Shown here: piece by piece, positions 8,491 through 15,015 of the stretch
Numbering within the stretch: position 1 is the first letter of the stretch
Layout of the letters: the number at the start of each line of letters is the position of its first letter
Origin: Octopus sinensis
Lineage: Eukaryota
Length of the DNA stretch: 15,015 nt
Direction of reading: 5' to 3'
Assembly: GCF_006345805.1 (NCBI RefSeq)
Contig: NW_021825604.1
Span: 1-15,015 of the forward strand
The notes under the pieces: model-generated
The model's input: the letters and a program-made list of their open reading frames with translations, nothing else
What the model was told of the DNA's origin: nothing
Database searches by the model: none
Translations under genes and position numbers: made by a program

Positions 8491-11017
8491 ATCATCATCA
8501 TCATCATCATCATTTAGCGTCCGTTTTCCATGCTAGCATGGGTTGGACGGTTCTACTGGGGTCTGTGAAGCCAGAAGGCTTCATCAGGCCCAGTCAAATC
8601 TGGCAGTGTTTCTACGGCTGGATGCCCTTCCTACGCAACCACTCCGTGAGTGTAGTGGGTGCTTTTTACGTGCCACCCGCACTGCTGCCAGACAGAGCTG
8701 GCAAACGGCCACGAACGGATGGTGCTTTTATGTGCCCCGGCACGAGGGCCAGGCGAGGCTGGCAACGGACACGAAACGGGCGGTGCTGGCAACGGTCGCG
8801 AAACGGAAAGTTCTCTTACATGCCACCGGCACTGGTAACACATCTGCAATTTCCATTGATCGATTCCATTGATCGATTTCGATTCTGATCCTCACTTGCC
8901 TCAATGGGTCTTCACAAGCAGAGTTTCGACATGCCACCGGCACTGGTAGCACATCCGCATTTCCATTGATCGATTTCGATTCTGATCCTCACTTGCCTCA
9001 ACACATCTTCACAAGTAGAGTTTTGTGTCCCAAGAAGGGAAGGTATGCATACGTAGGCTGGCTCCATCCCATGTAGAAGGCCACGGGTTGTGGACTCACT
9101 TGTCCTGCCGGGTCTTCTCGCGCACAGCACACTTCCAGAGGTCTCGTCTCTAGTCATTTCCTCAGTGAGACCTAAAGTTCGAAGGTCGTGCTTCACCACC
9201 TCGTCCCAGGTTTTCCTGGGTCTGCCTCTTCCACAGGTTCCCTCAACCGCTAGGGTGTGGCACTTTTTCACACAACTATCTTCATCCATTCTCGCCACAT
9301 GACCATACCAGCGCAAACGTCTCTCTTGCACACCACAACTGATGCTTCTTAGGTCCAGCTTTTCTCTCAAGGTACTTACACTCTGCCGAGTGTGAGTACC
9401 GGCATTACACATCCATCGGAGCATACTGGCTTCATTTCTAGCGAGCTTACGCATATCCTCAGCAGTCACGGCCCATGTTTCACTGCCATGTAGCATGCTG
9501 TTTCGTACACACGCATCATACAGTCTGCCTTTCACTCTGTGCGAGAGGCCTTTTGTCACCAGCAGAGGTAAGAGCTCTCTGAACTTTGCCCAAGCTATTC
9601 TTACTCTAGCAGTTACACTTTCAGCACACCCGCCCCCGCTGCTGACTTGGTCACCTAGGTAACGGAAACTATCAACTATTTCTAGTTTTTCTCCCTGGAA
9701 ATGACGGAAGTTGGTCTCAGAGCATTTTCAGTGTTTATTGTTCCTGAGCATCTGCCACATACAAAACCATCTTCCTAGTTAGCCTTCCTTTGACATTGCT
9801 GCATCTCTTATGTGTCCATAGCTTACACTTGGTGGCATCTTATAGAGTTTTTCTACCTACACATTTTCTACAGATCGAGCAGGGCCATCTACCTGAAGGC
9901 GTTTGTGATTTGTCTACCTTCCTACTTATTACGACTTTGGTTTTAGCTAGATTGACTCTGAGGCCCTTCGATTCTAATCCTTGTTTCCACACCTGAAACT
10001 TCTCCTTCAGTTCTGATAGCGACTCAGCAATTAGAGCAAGGTCATCAGCATAGAGGAGCTCCCAAGGGCATCCTGTCTTGAATTCCTCCGTTATTGCCTG
10101 GAGGACTATGATAAATAGGAGGGGGCTGAGTACTTAGCCTTGGTGGACCCCTACCTCTACCCGGAATTCTTCACTGTACTCATTTCCAGCCCTCACCCTA
10201 CTAGCGGCGTCCCTATACATGGCCCGCACAGCTCTCACTAACCATTCATCTATCCCTAGTTTTCTCATTGCCCACCAGATAAGGGATCGGGGGACCCTGT
10301 CGAAGGCTTTCTCCATGTCAACAAAAGCCAGGTACAGGGGCTTATCTTTGGCTAGGTATTTCTCCTGCAGCTGCCTTACCAGGAATATAGCATCAGTAGT
10401 ACTTTTCCCTGGCACAAACCCAACTGCATCCCATCTAAACTAACTCTCTCTCTAATTAGTTGGGCTATGACCCTCTCCGTAACCTTCATCACCTGGTCCA
10501 ACAGCTTGATACCTCTGTAGTTATTTGTATCTAGGGCATCACCTTTACCTTTGTAGCAGTTGACTATTATACTGCTACACACCAGTCATTGGGTATGACC
10601 CTTTGTGGTATCACCTGATTAACTATATGGGTGACTAGGCTATAGCCGACACTTCCAGACATTTTGAGCATCTCTGCAGTGATTCCTGATGGGCCTGGGG
10701 CTTTCCCTGTCTTCATGCTTCTAATTGCCTTAGCTACCACAGAACTATCAACTCGGATAGCTGGTCCCTCTGTTGGGTCAACATTCGGCAGACTCTCTTT
10801 ATCCCATTCATTTTCTTCATTCAGCAACCTTTCATAGTGGCATCTCCAAACCTCTCTCTTTGCATCCTCATTTAGCGCAAGTGAACCATCTTCCATGCGA
10901 ACACACTTCTCTCCTACCACATCACGATTCTCTCTCACACACTGTCTTGCAACACGAAAACCTCCAGTCTTTGGTCCTCACGGCGCAGAACATTGGCAAA
11001 TTTTTTCTTATCTGCTT

Positions 11018-11019
<2 letters not shown>
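8491..11019 (-). mobile_element. 5'-truncated RTE-clade LINE with ~600-bp 3' UTR and (TGA)n tail
   Basis: ORF2 fragments listed below. Minus-strand 3' end CCAACCCATGCTAGCATGGAAAACGGACGCTAAA(TGA)n. The 5' break abuts a (TA)n tract, and no APE domain is present. Confidence 0.93.
9096..11019 (-). pseudogene. Disrupted RTE ORF2 (reverse transcriptase and C-terminus)
   Basis: Motifs GKAPGPSGITAEMLK, YKGKGD..NYRGIKLL, STTDAIF, AFVDMEKAFDRVPR, VGVHQG*VLSP (premature TAA at 10134-10136), LYADD (YADD at 10041-10052), GSETW, RLRWYGHV and GRPRKTW. Several frameshifts. Confidence 0.93.
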
Positions 11020-11069
<50 letters not shown>

Positions 11070-11119
11070 GTATATATGTATGTATGTATATATATATATG
11101 TGTATATATATATATGTAC

Positions 11120-11165
<46 letters not shown>

Positions 11166-11248
11166 ATACCGGAGTAAACACATATGTGAAACATATATAT
11201 ATATATATTTCACACACACACACCACACACACACACACACACACACCT
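11020..11248. repeat. (TA)n then (CA)n microsatellite
   Basis: Direct inspection. Confidence 0.95.
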
Positions 11249-11489
11249 TAGATATTTTCAAAACTTTATTTACTTTTATTTTTAAAGGGAAAAGTCTTAA
11301 TTTCCAGTTTGATAATTGCATTTAGTCATTTTGTCATGGCAAAAGCAGATTAAAAGCACTCTTAATAATAATGTTCATTTAGAGTTTCTGCCAGCTAATT
11401 GGTTAAGTAAGAGGTAGATAATGAGATTTCACTGAACCGTATGTCATTATCTTCCACGATTAGCTATTCCAGCTTGTTTTGGCGGGGCT

Positions 11490-11640
11490 TCCTTCTTACA
11501 CTCCTTCCTTCTTTCCTTCCTTTCTTCCTTCCTTCTTTCCTTCCTTCCTTTCTTCCTGCCTGCCTGCACTCCCCCCTCTTCTTCCTTTTTGCCTTTGGTT
11601 CCTTTTTTTTCTTTTCTTCTGCTTTTCTTCCCTTCTATTA
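11490..11640. repeat. (CTTC)n-rich polypyrimidine low-complexity tract
   Basis: Direct inspection. Confidence 0.85.
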
Positions 11641-11654
11641 ATTACTCTGTTCGC

Positions 11655-11687
<33 letters not shown>

Positions 11688-12175
11688 TGATGATGATGAT
11701 GATGACGATGATGATGATGTTAATGATGAGGATGACGGTGATAACAACAACAATAATAATAATAATAATAATGATGATGATGATGATGACGATGATGATG
11801 AAATGTTAATGATGAGGATGACGATGATAACAACAACAATAATAATAATAATAATGATGATGATGATGATGATAATGTTAATGATGAGGATGACGATGAT
11901 AACAACAACAATAATAATAATGATGATGATGATGATTATGATCATATGACGATGACGATGATGATGATGATGTTGATGAGGAGGATGACGATGATAACAA
12001 TAATGATGATAATAATAATAAGGAGGAGGAGGAGGAAGAGGAGGGTGATAATTTCTTTTGTTTGCAACGATGACGATCGAAATGGTGACAACGTGAGCGA
12101 CCACGGCGATACGAACGACGATGAAGATGACGTTAACGTTAATTATTATTATCACTATTATTATTATTATTATTA
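11655..12175. repeat. Compound (AAT)/(GAT)/(AAC)/(GAG) trinucleotide array with higher-order units
   Basis: Unit TGTTAATGATGAGGATGAC recurs at 11718, 11804, 11876 and (diverged) 11971. Confidence 0.9.
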
Positions 12176-12304
12176 CACAACAAAGATAGGACAACATAAA
12201 ACGTGAAGATTTACACAGAATAAATGGAAATATTTATATTTCGTACAAAAGCCTCCGAATCAAACTCCTTTAAATAACAACACCAACAATATATATTCTT
12301 TTGT

Positions 12305-12809
12305 TTTGTTTTTTACTTGTTTCAGTCATTTGACTGCGGCTATGCTGGATCACCGCCTTTAGCCGAACAATTAAACCCCAGTCCATTTTCTTTGTAAGCC
12401 CAGTACTTATCCGCGCAACCACCAGCCAACGGGGACGTAAATACACCAGCATCGGTTGTCAAGCGATGATGGACGGACAAACACACACACACACATATAT
12501 AAATATTAAAAAATGGAACAAAAACGCAATAGAGGACAAATTAATATCTGGTCAGATAGACGATACAAAAGCGGACAGGAAAAACAACAAATAGAGGGAC
12601 AGAAAAAGTCTTTCGTGGCCTTCTCCCATGAGTTAAGTTTCCAGATTGTCCTTACAGTTTCGGCCATGCCCGAAACTGTAAGAACAATCTGGAAACTTTA
12701 CTGAAGAGAGAAGGCCATAAACGACCAGTCCTTGCTTTTTCCTGCCCGCCTTTGTATCGTCTATCTGTATATACATATAGCGGCGTACATACACTTTTAC
12801 TCACCTCAT

Positions 12810-12847
<38 letters not shown>

Positions 12848-13035
12848 AGTTGAGCATATATGTATATATATATATAGAGAGAGAAAGAGAGACACGACGG
12901 GCTTCTTTCAGTTCCGTCTACTAAATCCTACAAGTCTTTGGTCGCTAGAAGACACTTGCCCAAGGTGCCACGCTGTGGGACTGAACCCGGAGACCATGTT
13001 GTTGGGTAGCAACTTTTATCACACAGCCATTCTCG
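12305..13035 (-). mobile_element. CORE-type SINE, copy 2 (same family as 902-1307), split by an insertion in its central microsatellite
   Basis: 3' half at 12305-12495 and 5' half at 12895-13035 (B-box 12977-12987) are both collinear with copy 1. Confidence 0.85.
12553..12767. mobile_element. 215-bp fold-back element nested in SINE copy 2
   Basis: Outer arms CAGATAGACGATACAAAAGCGGACAGGAAAAA versus TTTTTCCTGCCCGCCTTTGTATCGTCTATCTG. Inner arms 12635-12663 and 12670-12698 match at 28/29 around a 6-nt loop. Confidence 0.8.
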
Positions 13036-13044
13036 CTTATCAAC

Positions 13045-13047
13045 TTT

Positions 13048-13084
<37 letters not shown>

Positions 13085-13085
13085 T

Positions 13086-13150
<65 letters not shown>
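13045..13150. repeat. (TA)n microsatellite; further (TA)n tracts at 12808-12880 and 13490-13550
   Basis: Direct inspection. Confidence 0.95.
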
Positions 13151-13151
<1 letters not shown>

Positions 13152-13287
13152 CGGAGATGTACTTGCATAGCGAGTGACTTGATCTGAGATCGTGTGCTGG
13201 AACGAAAACAATTGCAGCGTGGCAGGTGTTTATAAACCATTTAAGAACACACAAAAACCGTTAGATTCACTTCAACATTTAAATTAA

Positions 13288-13339
13288 TTTGTCAAAATAT
13301 TTTCGTCGCTTGAGACCGCGCGACCTGTTTACTGACAAA
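13288..13339 (-). ncRNA. Second hammerhead copy, probably inactive (G5A)
   Basis: Minus strand TTTGTCA-GTAAACA-G-GTCGC-10 nt-GCGAC-GAAA-ATAT-TT-TGACAAA. Same fold, but the invariant G5 is A. Confidence 0.5.
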
Positions 13340-13354
13340 ACTTCGTGCTAGAGT

Positions 13355-13405
13355 TTTGTCAGTGAACAGGTCGCGGTCTCAAAGCGACGAAAATATTTTG
13401 ACAAA
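13355..13405 (+). ncRNA. Candidate minimal type-I hammerhead ribozyme with G3:C8 core
   Basis: Stem I TTTGTCA/TGACAAA; core GTGAACA plus an extra G; stem II GTCGC/GCGAC; GAAA; palindromic AATATT stem/loop III; UU cleavage site (13397-13398). Confidence 0.65.
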
Positions 13406-13512
13406 TTAAATTTAAATGTTGAAGTGAATCTAACGGTTTTGTGTGTTTCGTAAATGGCTTATAAACACCTGCCACACTGCCATTGTTGATATAATATATA
13501 TATATATATATA

Positions 13513-13553
<41 letters not shown>

Positions 13554-14141
13554 GTATTATGTATGCATGTATATGAACGTGTGAATGTATGTATGGATGT
13601 AGAGTATACAAATAAGTAATGAAACAGTTCTGTTGTTAGAAGAGGAACGGCTGTCAAAATCAATCAAGGAATCCCAAAGCAGCAATATTATTCCGGCAAA
13701 CTGTCATTCAACGACCAACAGGTGCTTGATTCAGAGAAGAACTACTCACCGTTGAAATTTTCTTCTTTCTCACACGACTCGTAGCCCATTGCCTGCGAAA
13801 TGGTTTTTATTTTTCCATCCTTACTTTCTTTCTAAAGAGGGCCTTATAAAACTTGACAAGTGTTTGAGCAAAGTGGAAAATGACCGATTCCAAGTTTTCA
13901 GCTCTGCGCACCATACTTTTCTCTTTTCATATTCTATAGACTGTAGAAAACTACTTGCGCTTCGCGGTTTAACAAAGTTGATAAATCATTCTTCACGATG
14001 ACCGACACGTCTTAAATGTAACATTATAACTTTAAAAATCGATAAATGCCGGTCACTGAAATCGTGAGCGTTGGACAGTTTCGTCTCCATTGTACTCATT
14101 TCAAACTTGTCTGGCTGATGTCACTTTCTTGCGTGTAGACT

Positions 14142-14260
14142 GTTAGGGACTGTCACAGAAGATCGCCGAACCTATCAATGGCTTGGATTGACTCTAAGAA
14201 GTCATATGACATGCTTCCTCATTCGTGAATTCTGAAATGCTCAGAGATGGTTAGGGTAGT
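14142..14260 (+). pseudogene. Small RT fragment of an R4/Dong-like LINE
   Basis: VRDCHRRSPNLSMAWIDSKKSYDMLPHS*ILKCSEM matches the NLSMAWIDYKKAYD.VPHSWI RT motif. Confidence 0.75.
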
Positions 14261-14439
14261 GAGAAATTCTTCTCGAATCGATAAGACCCCTGAACAGAAC
14301 TACCCTGCGAAAGATATATTTCATTTAACCTTACTCCTCAACAAGAATGTTCTTCTGAACAAACCAACCAGATGTCATTCGATCTTGCTATTCTTGTGCC
14401 AAAATTTGAAATCAATATTTATAAGTGTTAATTAATACT

Positions 14440-14748
14440 AATTGTGAAGGCCCATGTGGTAGCAAGTTCAATTCCTAGACTACGCTGTGTGTTGTGTTCT
14501 TGAGCAAGACACTTTATTTCACATTGCTCCAGTTCATTCAGCTGAAGAAATGAGTAATGACGTCACTGGTGCCAAGCTGCATCAGCCCCTTTGCCTTTCC
14601 CTTGGACAACATCAGTGATGTGGAGGCTGGTATGCGTGGGCGACTGTTGCTCTTTCATAAACAACCTTTTGCGGACTTGTGCCTCAGGGGGGAATTCTCT
14701 AGGTGCAATTCCATGCTCATTCATGACCGGAAAGGGTCTTTACCCCCT
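14440..14748 (+). mobile_element. 5'-decayed tRNA-derived SINE (third family)
   Basis: B-box GTTCAATTCC (14466-14475) followed by a CORE/V-like GTGTTCTTGAGCAAGACACTTTATTTCAC..GCTCCAG domain. The A-box is not intact. Confidence 0.65.
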
Positions 14749-14756
14749 TTTTTATT

Positions 14757-14917
14757 ATTTAATAGCAGTATCGCCCGGCGTTGCTCGGGTTTTTAAGGGA
14801 AATAACTATATAAGCATTTATAGAGAGTTACTTTCCTTATATAAACCGAGCGAAAATGCATTAAAAATGCGGAAAAATTATGGTAATTTTTTTTTTAAAT
14901 TGTAGACTCATCGTAGA
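14757..14917 (+). mobile_element. Possible end of a non-autonomous Helitron/Helentron-like element
   Basis: AATAGCAGTATCGCCCGGCGTTGCTCGGG resembles the ACTAG...CCCGnCGnnGCnCGG terminal motif with a short hairpin (14774-14789). The other end was not found. Confidence 0.4.
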
Positions 14918-14994
14918 GGGCTGATGCAGCTTGACACCAGTGACGTCATTACTCATTTCTTCAGCTGAATGAACTGGAGCAATGTGAAATAAAG
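14918..14994 (-). repeat. 77-bp inverted duplicate of 14512-14588
   Basis: 76/77 identical to the reverse complement of 14512-14588. Confidence 0.95.
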
Positions 14995-15015
14995 GCTCGA
15001 TATCAATCACGACTA

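Larger units (their letters stand above)
13151..13487. mobile_element. Palindromic element in (TA)n, probably a Penelope-like (PLE) non-autonomous derivative
   Basis: ~135-bp inverted arms (13207-13342 / 13352-13487) with a 9-nt loop and ~55-bp leader, flanked on both sides by (TA)n. Each arm carries a hammerhead-like motif. The PLE origin is an inference. Confidence 0.65.

Noticed and set aside
8071-8517. ORFs rich in Y/V/C/M/H/T
   Set aside because: These are translations of (TATG)/(TG) microsatellite.
10990-11030. HDV-like ribozyme at the RTE 5' end
   Set aside because: The element is truncated within ORF2, so the 5' UTR is absent.
10895-12206. Poly-IY, poly-His, poly-Ser and poly-Ile ORFs
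   Set aside because: These are translations of (TA)n and AAT/GAT arrays.
12701-12730. CTGAAGA as a complete hammerhead core
   Set aside because: No pairing stem II, GAAA or stem I follows on the same strand.
1-15015. CRISPR array or prokaryotic operon
   Set aside because: No repeat-spacer structure, and the content is eukaryotic transposon and microsatellite sequence.

Overview
Eukaryotic, AT-rich, repeat-saturated DNA with no recognisable host gene; the SINE/LINE families look like coleoid cephalopod (Octopus-like) repeats, which is an inference from recall. Main components: (1) a very young 4446-bp non-autonomous Ty3/Gypsy-type LTR element (3322-7767) with ~1.22-kb LTRs, a tRNA-Leu PBS, a PPT and a TSD inside an (AAT)n tract. 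Its 2-kb interior has no RT, protease or integrase core but keeps a 419-codon ORF apparently built from gag/pol remnants. (2) A 5'-truncated RTE LINE (8491-11019, minus). (3) Several R4/Dong-like, CR1-like and Chapaev-like fragments. (4) Four tRNA-derived SINEs, two of which share a 3' tail and covarying stem-loop with the CR1-like LINE end in this window. (5) Two fold-back elements. The larger one (13207-13487) carries a minimal type-I hammerhead ribozyme fold with an unusual G3:C8 swapped core (GUGAACA instead of CUGANGA). All calls were made by eye; no searches were run.
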